A stretch of DNA of 64,000 nt, taken from assembly GCF_003704095.1 (NCBI RefSeq), contig NW_020846701.1, positions 1 to 64,000 on the forward strand, written 5' to 3'. The translations under genes were made by a program, and so were the position numbers. Below the pieces are notes generated by a model that was not told the origin of the DNA, made no database searches, and was given only the letters and a program-made list of their open reading frames with translations. The DNA is from Pocillopora damicornis. Taxonomy: Eukaryota. Positions 23,301-35,300 of this stretch are shown here, piece after piece. How positions within the stretch are numbered: position 1 is the first letter of the stretch; each line of letters opens with the position of its first letter.

Positions 23301-26300
23301 GTCTTCTAATTTGAATTATGGATCTCTTACTCAAGAACGAAATGGAGGCTTAATTCACCCTTATAGAAAAGTAAGAAAATGTGAACTTAACGATACCTCT
23401 TTCCTGTCATCTGTATCCCTGCTCGACACAGGTTCAAAACCATTGTCATCAATTTTTTCCTCACGAGAGCAATCGGGGAATGGTACCTGTTCAGCTATCT
23501 CTTTGCTGCACTCCGCATCTTTCTCGTTCCCCATTTCGGAGTCATGCATCTGAACCACCTGTGTGGAACGTGGAAAAAAATGTGTCATGTTGATCTGTCC
23601 CAAACCAAACATTGCCTTCCAATTTGAATTATGGATCCCTTACTTAAGAAAGAAATGTAGATTCAATTTATCCTTTTAAAAAAGAAGGAAAATGTGAAAC
23701 TTCTTAATACCTCTCTCCTGTCGCATGTATCTCGGCTGAATTCAGGTTTACACCCACTGTTAGTTGCCTTTTGCGCAAGAGCGGACTCAGGAGACTGTAC
23801 TCGTTCAGCCTTCTCTCTGCTGCACTCTGTATCTTTCTCATTTCCTCTTTCGGGATCTTGCTCCTGAGCCACCTGTGTGGAACATGGAAACAAGTGTGTC
23901 GTAGTGATTTTTCTCTTAACAAATATTGTCTTCCAATATGAATTATGGATCCCTTACTTCAGAACGAAATGGAGGCTCAATTATCCCTGTAGCAATATAG
24001 GAAAACGTTAAACTTAATGATATCTCTTTCCTGTCATCTGTATCCCATGTCAACTCAGGTTCACAACCTTTGTTATTTACTTTTTCAAAAAGTTAATGAC
24101 AGTGGTTGTGAACCTGCGTGCATTCGGGGTATGGTACTCGTTCAGCTTAACCGCCTGTGTGGAAGTGGAAACAAACGTCTCATAGTGATCTGTCCCACGT
24201 CAAACATCGTCTTCCAATTTGAATTATGTATATCCTTCTGCTAAGAATGAAAAGTAGGCCCAATCTACCCTTTTAAAAAAGAAGATGACGTTAAACCTGG
24301 TAATACCTCTTTCTTATCACATGTATCCCGGCTAAACTCAGGTTCACAACCATTGCTATTGACGTTTTCCACACGAGTGCACTCTGGGGTTGGTACTCTT
24401 TCAGCCTTCTCCCCGCACTCTGCATCTTTCTCGTTTCCTCTTTTGGTATCTTGCACCTGAACCGCCTGTGTCGAATGTGGAAACAAACGCGTGGTAATGA
24501 TTTTCCCCATGGATCCCTTACTTCAGAACGAAATGGATGCTCAATTTACCGTTTTAGAAAGACCGAAATGTTAAACTTGATAATACCTCTTTCCTGTCAT
24601 CTATATCCCGGTTCAACTTAGGTTTACAACCACTTTTATCAGTGTCTTCCCCTCGGGCCCCTTCGGGGAATGGCACTCGTTCAGCCATCACTTTGCTGCA
24701 CCCTACATCTTTCTCGTTCTCTCTTTCGGGGTTATGCCCCTGGACCACCTGTGTTAAACGTAGAAAACAAACGTGTTGTAGTGATGTTTACTATAACAAA
24801 CATTGTCTACCAATCTGGACATGGATCCTTACTTCAGAATGGAATGGAGGATTCATTTAATTATTCAGAAAATTAGGAAAATATTAAACTTAATAACACC
24901 TCTTTCCTGTCAACTTTATCCCAACTCAACTTAGGATTACACCCATTGATATTTTTCTGGATCGATCGATCGCCCTATCTGTCAGACTAGTTGTCTGAAA
25001 GTGTGTATTTGGCTTCAATTTCTAAGTATCCATGTAAAGAGTACTAGTGTTGTGCACTTAATTTGATTTTTGGTCTAATGTGAAGAAAAAAGGGGGTTTT
25101 AGGTGGCTCTCGCACTGCCAGGGTCGGTGGTGATTTTGGTGCTCCTTTTCGAAAACTCTGATAATACGAAATTGAGATAAATTGTATACCTTTTCTACTA
25201 CGTCGCTTAAAGCATCCGTGTCATCACTTCCGATAAAACCCTTCATGATTTCACTGACGGCGAATAACGCCTGCCACAGTGTGACGAAAGGCATAGTCGC
25301 AGATAGTGAGAAAGGTTGAGAAAAGTTTGAATGTGTCTTTGTTAAGTGACGTCACAGAGGTAATTGATGCTGCGCGTGCGGTTTTCTAATCGTTAATTGG
25401 TGAAATTAGCTGGCTTTTCGTCACTGAAACTGTTACTAAGTTAACCAAAAAAGTTAGCCGATTGCATGAAAATAAACAATAACTGGGACTTCAGTCTATA
25501 TTACTCGCCCTTTATTAAGCGGTTACTGATTAAATTCCCCTAATTCACGTCCCATATGTCCTGTAATTAAATCTCTGTAATCTCCTCATCTCTATCAAGT
25601 GGATTCCGACATCCTTTCCTCTTCCTAAGTTTTACAATTATTTTGCTATGCATGTCTTTGAAACGGTGACCTTTAAAAATAACAAATTAATTTAATGGAT
25701 TCAAAACCACCGGGCTATCACATCTTACGCGGCTATGGTAGATTTGATTTGATTGATCAACTTTCATTCGAAATCCTTTACTTCTCTTTGATGCTATAAT
25801 TTATTTTGCAGGAAAAGTATACCGGCCTTCTTGAAGGCACTCAGAAATTGGAGAGCAGGTCTGTTTCGCATGTGAAGCTTACTAAATGTTTCGATTTGCT
25901 TTAGCTCTTTTGTTGTGCATAAAGAAAAGAAGTCCTTAGCGCGCACAGAATACTTACCTTATTTACAATAGACAGAGGGTCCAGAGAATGTCAACTCTCC
26001 TATTATTTCTCATTCGCAGACTTTGTTTTATTAGATTATTGGTCATTTGCTGTCTAATGTTCTAGCTGTCAAATGAATGGCTGTTTTTCATAGCCCTTAG
26101 CTCATGATATTTGTTTTAAGTCCTCTGTGAGGTGTGGTAAACTTATCCTTTTTACCTTTTTTACTGATTGAATAATGGTCAATTGTTTATTGCAGTTTGC
26201 ACCATCACCTAATCGAGCACTTGAACGCAGAAATAGTCCTTAACACTATCACAGACGTTTCTATTGCCATAGAGTGGTTGAAGTCCACCTTCTTGTATAT

Positions 26301-29300
26301 AAGAATATTAAAGAATCCCACACACTACGGTAAGTGTGGCATGTACGATAGGGATATTCCATTGTCATCCAGCATCTGGCGAAGTGGACAGAGCTGTAGG
26401 TTGATGGTTCTCCATAATAAAATTCTCCGGTTAAAACGGAGAATTGAGAATCCAGTCATTTAACGATTGCAACTCAAATTTAGAATAATTTGCAAGCCCA
26501 AAGGGGTATCTCATCGTTAAAGATGTTTCTCTATGTCAAAACCTTTTAATAAGTTTTGAAGTAAATGGCAAACACTGCTAAGAAGGAGGCAGATGGAAGT
26601 TCTATCTGTATTTTGATGACGTTAATTTCAGCAAAAATAGGCGGAGATTGCATTTGAAATAGACAACAAAATTCGCCTGTTGCCAGCTGTCATTGAATGC
26701 TGATTATTTTTGTTTTCTTGTTCACCTTATATAGGGATACCTGAGGGACTTGAGAAAGAGGGTTTGGAACAAAAGTTACAAGGTATTCACAACAGCATTC
26801 CTCGAATTAGTCTATAATACTGTTTGATTTTTAGTTTTTGTTTCTTTCTGCTAGTTTTTTTCTCTGCTTGTTCTTTTGTTTTGTTTTGCCTTGTTTTCCT
26901 AAGTTTTTATCGATCAATTCAAGTAATATTCTAAGCTAGTCTGGTGTGATATAGGCCTACATGGTACGAAAGAGGCTTCCGTGCTTCTACTTACGGTAAG
27001 TAAGTCCTAGTAATTTTAGCCCTTGCTACCTTAGGTCTGTCGAATCAGAAATAATATCATGTATGTTCTTCTTTTCTTTCTCAAAAATTCTCAACTATTG
27101 ATAATCCCAAACCATTCACTTCGAAGACAATCCAAGCTCCTTCGAGGAATATTTCGTCACTAAAATTTATTTATTTTGCAGATTTTTGTTTGAAGAGCCT
27201 CAACACACTGGAAAAGGCTGGGCTCATAAAAATGGACGACGGTTTTGATCTCAAGCCCACAGGTGCTGATGCAAACCATTCAGTCTTAATAGAATAGAGC
27301 ACAGTATGTGAATTTTAAAACACATCTTCAAAGTGAACCACAGCAAAAACGTTGGGTTAGGAATTGAGGCCGGAAGATAAACTAGTTTATGACAGAACTG
27401 GAGCTAAGAACGCTATCCACTTACTCGTAGAATTGATTCACATGTGACCTCATCGCACAATTTCAGAGCATAAGTAAGGAAACAGATGATCTTCGGTGGG
27501 TTAAATATAATATGAGACCAAATTAGATAAAACATTTACTAGAAGATATATATATATATATATATAAGTGTAGTTAACGGTTTACGTTAGAGGTAGAGGG
27601 TTTCATTGACCTCTACTCCTTTTTTCTTTTGAAAGTGAAATATTGATAATGATGATATAATCTTTCATTCAGAGCCAGGTCGCCTGATGGCCAGATACTG
27701 CATTGCTTACGACTCCATGAAACAGTTTCTTAACATCAAAGGAACGGAAAGTCTTAGTGATATGGTGAGTAGTATTCCTATTCTGTCTTCGTGCAGCGTT
27801 GATCGAGAAACTTGATATTATTCTTGAAGCACTAAAAATATGACGCAACGTAATGACTTTCAGGTTGATCTGGTGTCCAAGTGCAGAGAATTTTCCGATG
27901 TCAAGCTACGAATGAACGAAAAACGAGTACTAAATACTCTAAACAAGGACAAAAACAGCGAAAATGTAAGGTATAACTGTACTACTAGATGACCCTTTCG
28001 GAGCGTAAGTTTATATTTCATGCTCGAGCTGTCATTTACAATGGACAGCAAGCTTCAATGTTTGCTCTGTTTTATTTCGTTTTTTGTCGCTGTTGTTGTT
28101 GTTTTTTCTTCACGGGAAGGTTTCCAATCAGTGGAAGAATCAAGTCAACGGAACAAAAAGTTAATTGGTAAGAAACTGAATAATGCATTTTTAGTTCCTC
28201 TTAAACCTTTCATGTGATTAATTTTGTTAATGAAATTCTAATAACACTTTTTCAGCCTTATACAAGCCACGCTTGGTTCACTTCCAATAGCGGAATTCTC
28301 CCTAAGCCAAGATGTTGCGGTCAGTTTGCACATTAGCCTTTTAATTTCACTTCTAATATCTTAAAAATCAATCCTTCGCACTGTCGGCCAAATATCTCTT
28401 ATAATTTCATCTCTTATAGTTTGGTGTTCAATGGTCAATTTAATTTTCATTTCATTTTCTTTCTTCTCATCAATTTTTTTCCTGAAAATGTTTTGTTGTT
28501 GTGAGGTATAAAAAAAAATTATTTTCGGGCAATCCTGGGAGTGAAGGGTTGAATGGTCGTAGTGCATTTTTTTAACCGTAACTCAAGCATACAATCCGTT
28601 AGATGGCTTGGAAAAATCGTTTTGAATCAGAAATACTACAATTAAAAGACCTTTTGTCTGAAAATGAAATTGTTAGGCAGGTTAACGTTTCTTTAAATCT
28701 GATAGTAGGAAACCTTTCATTTTGTCGTACTAACTTACAGTTTTTGTTTTGAGCAGAAAATCTTTCGAGCCGGACAAAGAATTACTCGCTGTAAGTAACG
28801 AAACATTTGGAGAAAATTTGCATATGTTAACACCATTCTCCCATTCGGTCAACTTTTAATAAATACTCCTCTCTGTAATAACGGATTTCTGGAGCTCCGT
28901 ATCACGGAAAGTAACTTTCTGATGACTAATATCTCCACCACAAAAACGTTTCATAAAAACTCAATGACGGTTTTTCAATTTCCAGGTTTGACTGAGCTAC
29001 AAATGTTGAATAATAATTTTGTGTCACTTCAGAATTCAGTCATTCTCGCGAAGTGTATGAGAGCCAGGTAACTTTTGTTTGAAAGTTTGTGTTTTTGCTT
29101 TTCGTCTCACAACCGATTCTGTCGTTTGATTAGATTCAGTTTTCACAGAAAACTAATTTGTGCAGTAAACTTGAAAATTAAAAATCTGTTGTAGATTATG
29201 GGAGAATTCCAAGTTTGTCTCAAGGCAACTAGAGAAAGTTGGTATGTTATTCAGCTCTTGGTGCTTTGGTATCATTTTAAACATTGCCCTGTCCACACTA

Positions 29301-32300
29301 ATGATATGACACATCCTAAAAGGGTCTTGAGGGAAATTTTAATGAGATCTGATGGCTAAATCACTATATGAAAGCACTTTTGCTCTTCTTGTTTTTTTGT
29401 ATCGGATAATCCAAATATTTAGACAGGGTGCAAAATATTTCTAGTAGGCAGTTAACCCTCACGCTCTATATATTAAATTCTCTCTACTGGCCGCAGAATA
29501 TTTCTTTATTTATTCAACCATTTTTAAAACATTTGTGATCCTTGCAATCTGATTGGCTCTCACTGGTGTAATTTATTCATAAATCGCACTATTTTATGCT
29601 ATAAATTGGTTTTTTTTTTCTCAGCCAATCAGACAGCTTTACTAAAACACAACAACCAACCAATTACAAAGCTTGTTTAGAGAAATCAATTTAATTGCTG
29701 GAAAATAAAATACATCTTTTGCAACTTTTTACAAACCAGCTCAATATACTGGATCAATAAAATATATGTAGAGACTAACGAAATTTGACTGAATTTTGGG
29801 ATTTTAAAATAAATGTAATAAAGTGGCAAATGAACTTCGTGTCCTGCAAATTTGGTCTGAGATTATACTTGTGATTTCAAATAACGCGTATAATTCCAGA
29901 CCAAATTGCATTCCACTCAGTTCAATTACTGAACAATTGTAAATTGGTTTCGAAAATTTGGTTTCACATCAGGTGTCACCCTTCAACGGATAAGTTTGAC
30001 AATTCTCATCACTTTTTTAAAAGGATAATGATTTTAAAGGGTGAAACTCAGCTTCCACTGACATCCCCTGTGGCAGTCTTTGTTTTAAATTTTTGTGAAA
30101 ATTCTACTTTATTATTATTATTATTATTATTATTATTGTTATCATTATCGTATCATTGTTATTGTTATTTTATTATTAGGACCTTCTTTGTCGGCTATGA
30201 TGGTCAACGCTGGGTTGACAACCCTCAAGAAAATTGAGGAAACAAATCCGAGAGAAATAGAAATGGTATAAAAATGATTGCAAGTTATTTTGGCAATCTC
30301 CTTTCAGTCATTCACTGCGCATATATCAATCCTCAACAATTCAATATTACGTGTTATTAACTTTTCAGATCGTTAATCGTCATCCACCTTTCGGAAGTCA
30401 GGTAGGTATGGTCAGCTTAATATATCTGTGGTTTATGAATAAAACACTTGTGATATGCAATATATCTCTCCTTCATTACCTTTAGATTCGGGAAGCAGCT
30501 TCAACTTTACCAAAATATGAGGTTTCTGTTCAGCAGGTATATTATTTAGTCCATCATTACGGAATATATTTCTTGTGTTGTGTATTTTGTATTGTGTGTA
30601 GATGTGTGGGTTGACAATAGGCGTTTCTGGGGTTGATCAAACTAACTGACGATCGAGAGCTGGACAGATGCAGTAAAAAGAGTATTGGCTTTGAAATTAG
30701 TCGTGTAATGTAATGTAATTACGATATTTAGACAGGGTGGCCCAGTTCAGCTCAGAGCTGGTTTAAATGGGGGGCTGTATAAACAATGACATGGCAGACC
30801 ACAACACCGGGAGCCACGTTCCTTACTCTTTGCAAGAAGTGTGTTTGTTCTGTATTGTCCCCTGCTAACCAGTAAAGAGAAAAGACAGGAGACGGGACCT
30901 ACGGTTTATCGTCCTTATCCAAGAAGACTTAAATGTCTAACCATTTGATGATGTCAAATCAAAGGTAGTACATTCTCCTCAGTTATATGAAGACCCTGAG
31001 TGTTAATAGGGTCTAGTGGCAAATAAGACTTAACTAAAAGGAGGTTAAAAGACTTATCCTCTCAATATGCTGAGAATTATTTTAAAAAAACCGAGTAAAG
31101 GCTCAAAAAAAAAAATATTTTTAGGTTGCCTAGCCACGCCGACCATTCGTCAGACAGCTAATTTATGATTTGCCTCGACCGTCGTCACTGACAACCTAAA
31201 GCTAAAAATAACCTAGTCCTTGAAAACTCACTTTCCAAACAATGAGCATAACCTACTTGACTTTCGAAAATATCAAACAATGGTTTATTCACTTCAAAAT
31301 TTTCTATGTTAAAGACAGGGAAACATCAGCCAGATCGTTCCGAGATTGTAATTACAGTTACCATGATGAACTACATCAAGCGAAAAGATGCGATTGGGTC
31401 AGCAAGGAACAGCCACTTCTGCCTTCTGGTGATCGCTGATACTGAAAACAACGTGGTGTTCAAACAGAAATTAGGGTAACTAAAAATTTGTTACTCCTCA
31501 ACACCTGAAACTTTATCCTCTTTTAGTTTCTTCAACAGGAAAAGTAACAGTTGACTAAAGATGTTGATCATATATTTTGAGGTTGATGAGCTATCCACTG
31601 AACAAACCACTTTCATTGTTTTTACGACAGAGATTTTGTGTTTTTGAAAGAGGGATACTGGAGTAAGAGAGTTGAAGTACAGCGAACGGCTGCTCAGTCT
31701 TCAGATTTGAACATACACCTTATCAGTCAAGAATACGGTACTGATACAGGAATGTATATATCATTATTGGATCAATATAGGAACAATATCAGTACCTGGG
31801 CAATTGCGCACCTACCCCTCCCCCAACTCAACATTAACCCTAACTTGTTTAAGTGATTGTTGTTGCGTTAGGGAAGGGGTAGGTGCGTAGTTATTCAGAT
31901 GCTAAAATTGATCCAAAATGTAAATCATGTTCGTTCTTTGGTCAGTAATATTTCACAAAGTGCTTCATCTCAGTTTTATAATTTGTGGCTCAGCGACGTG
32001 CTCGATGTACTGTTTTCTCCTTCGCTTCCGATGATAAATGTTGCCGTAAAAATGCTTCTTGTGTTCGTCGTTTTTAATGTCATTGATCATTTTTTGTGAG
32101 CTGCATTGCCAGGTTTCAATCCTCTGCTAGCTATACTGTCTTAAATCGAGTCCTTTTTGAAAATTACACCAGATCTGTAAAACTCGATCAATGTTGCTGT
32201 TAGTGGTAACGTTCACTTTATAGAGAAAACTTACTCGGAATATAGGTAAAGAAATGATTTCCATTTTTTTGATGACTTGTAACTGGTACAAGCGCACAGT

Positions 32301-35300
32301 TTCATTTTATTTCTTTTCAGTTGGTGTGGACGTGAGTAAACGGTTCTCCCCTCAATACAGTGTTGGGCAGCCGTATCTTATCGTACGTATTAGTAAATTT
32401 TCAAATTATAGATCTGACTTTACTTTGATAAACCTACTCGAATTTACTAATCTTTAATCTTAGCTGAATTTTTGATCTAACTAGTTATTTAGTTGGTTAT
32501 AACGGTTAAACATTCTCAAAGCAGATTCACGACGTCGTATTCTAACTTTTATACCTAGTAAGAAATTGATAAGGTATTATACGTACTAATGCACCACAGT
32601 TTGTTTTTTTTCATACTCTTTTTTCTATATAGTAATTTATTTCTTGAGCAGAAATCGAGGAAACTTAAAAGCCTGAACACCCCCAGTTTGTTATGTGTTA
32701 TTTATCTACAAGATTTGTAATCGTCTGAATACAGATACTTTTTTCCATCAGACGAAGAATGAACCACAGGCATGTGCTCCCAAACTTGTGAAGAGCAATG
32801 CCTCTAATTCAGGTAAATTTTTGTCCTCGTTTTTCAAACTCTCTCCGTACTGTCGCGAGGAGGAAGTGAATGCAGCCTCGCACATCCGCAACGAAGCAAA
32901 ATATATGATGTGGCTTAGGTCGTCCTAAGGACAACTTCACCCATAATGACGATCCCATCATTTGATAACTTAATACCATTCGGATCGTTACACATCAGAT
33001 TTATTCACAAAATTAATCATTTCATTTTATTTACGATATGGCTGGACTTCATAAAAAGCACTGAAAAATTTAGATGCTTAGATAAAATTCGTTGAGATAG
33101 TGTGAATCGAAAAAAAAGAAAGAAAGAAAAAGGAAAGAAAAAAATTGACGATTGGAATCCACTTTAACTCTTTTTATGTCGGGCAGTCGTCTTGAATGAG
33201 CACATATAGATATGTTTTTGGAATAATTTGTACTACTGATGAAAACTCTACCTTTCATACTCTTCATAATCACCACAAAAATTTCAAATTCGTCGACCGG
33301 AATGCTAAATTTTTAGACTGGAACACTGAATTTCCAAACTATCGAACATCTCCTGCGTGTTCAGTTCTCACACATTGCATTTCTTCCACATAAGAGTCGA
33401 ATAGGAGCACCAGCACATCCAAGGCCGGAACGCCAAAGGTCGCTTGTAGTCATCGTTGCCTCAACAAGGAAGAATATCTTTTGAGAGTTAATCATACCTA
33501 TATTCCTCTTCACAGACGTTTAATTATTTGCAATTAAGGTATCGGTCGGTGTCAATCTGTATCCATCAGTCATTTCGTGGAAATAGTGAAAATTAGGCAT
33601 ATTAGTCCACCATCAGTAGCATTCTTTTGTAAAACTTTGTGATTAATTCTCTTCGGGTCATGCACATTTTGCGCATTGATAGGCTTATAATTTGATACAT
33701 TTACATTTCGTATCAATTAAAACTTCCTTGACAATACACACATGTGGCCATGAATGCTGCAAACAAGGCGTCAGCTCTAAGACAAGGAAAAGGAAGTCAC
33801 AGGTAAGTTGACTTGAATGACTCTATTTGTTTTGGGTCTTTTGTTTTTGTTGTTGTTGTTTTTAATTTTTTTCAATATTCTTTTCCAATCCAACAAGACT
33901 GGGCGTATCATTGCTTGCACCAACTATCTTGCTCCAGCCAGTCCTCGGCGTATATTTGCATGTGTGAATTTTGGCAATGGTTAGCGGTAGTTACATAGGG
34001 TCACTCTTTGCGCAGGTCTTCAATAGATAGTTCCATAGAAAGCGTAAGAACCTCTTACAAGTGAGAACAGCCTTAACGCCTTAACAACTTAAGCTGATGA
34101 AGTGATCATTAACCATCAGCTTGTATCATGACTTGTTTAGGTGGAACAGAATAAAGAACCAAATTGTTCACCATTGATGAGTACACCAACTATAGGTAAA
34201 CCGCTTTAAATTGATCCTTAATGATTTGATTAGTTGTGGACTCTCATTAAAAACATTCTTAAAAACGATTATTCATGGTCAAATAAATTACTTACTGCAC
34301 TTTGCTCTGTAGATAATCAAAGAAAAATTACCGAGGTGGATGAACACGGAAATATGAATTCCTTCCTGAAAAACCTTCACATAAGAGCGCAAGCCATTCC
34401 TGGCACGCCAGCCAAACGCTTAAAGGTAACTGCCTGTACTAGTTACCCACTGTTCGACGCATAATGAAACATACATGAGGGTTATTTTATAATATGAAGA
34501 TCCCCTTGCATTGTTGTCTGAGTTAACTCAAAAGTCTCATCATAATCATTGCTCTAAAGCCATCGGCGCCGGAGACCGTTGGAGCCAGCTATGTGGATTT
34601 AACACTGGACAAAAGATTTGGTTATACGCGCAGGATCCCTTTTCACATCTGTGAAGAGAGAAGCGAGGAGACTGTGGTGGGTGAGAAAGAACATACGGGA
34701 AGCCTTTGTTGGGAAGAAGTTGACTGGCATTTAAGAAAAAGAGAAGAAAAAAGGGATACCAGTAAAGATGAAGGTATCATTGTGTCTCATTGTCTCGTTT
34801 TGAGGACCAATATTCGCGTTTTTGTTTCTTTCCCTCCTAATGTAAGGCCATAGGATTTTTCTTAATCATTTTTAACTCGTGAATTGCGCGCATGCGCAAG
34901 AGCGAGTTATAGGTACGATGTGGGGAATGGCATTCGCTCGCTCGCTCGCTCGATTGGTCGATTCCTGTAAACTTTTTTTAGATTTTAGGCTTTTGAGTGC
35001 ATTTGATAGTTTTTGGCGAGCAATAAAAAGACGAAATGACGACCTTTGTTGCTAAGAATAGTGGTGGGGTGAAAAAGAAGCCAATTATAATCTTTAAAGA
35101 GTTTTTTTTACGTTTTAGTTTCAACAAGCGGCGCCAGCGACTGGCAGGCATGCAAGGATTCACACTGAAATAACAGAACAACCTTCGTTTTTCATAAAAT
35201 TGTAATTTACAATCCTTGAACTTGAAAATAATCCGAAGATTCATTGAAAATATCACTTACTGCGAAGCGCTCGGAGTTTACAGATGTTCAAAAGCTTTTT

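Noticed and set aside
23040-24960. CRISPR-like array
   Set aside because: Eukaryotic context; whole ~310-bp units are homologous and carry splice sites, with no repeat-spacer structure.
19320-25445. Terminal inverted repeats bounding the nested gene (gttaaccttagtg / actaagttaac)
   Set aside because: Only a short, gapped, AT-rich similarity with no target-site duplication.
32372-32380. Third U12-type donor (gtatctta) in HFM1
   Set aside because: The phase requires the nearby U2 donor gtacgt, and the acceptor has an ordinary polypyrimidine tract.
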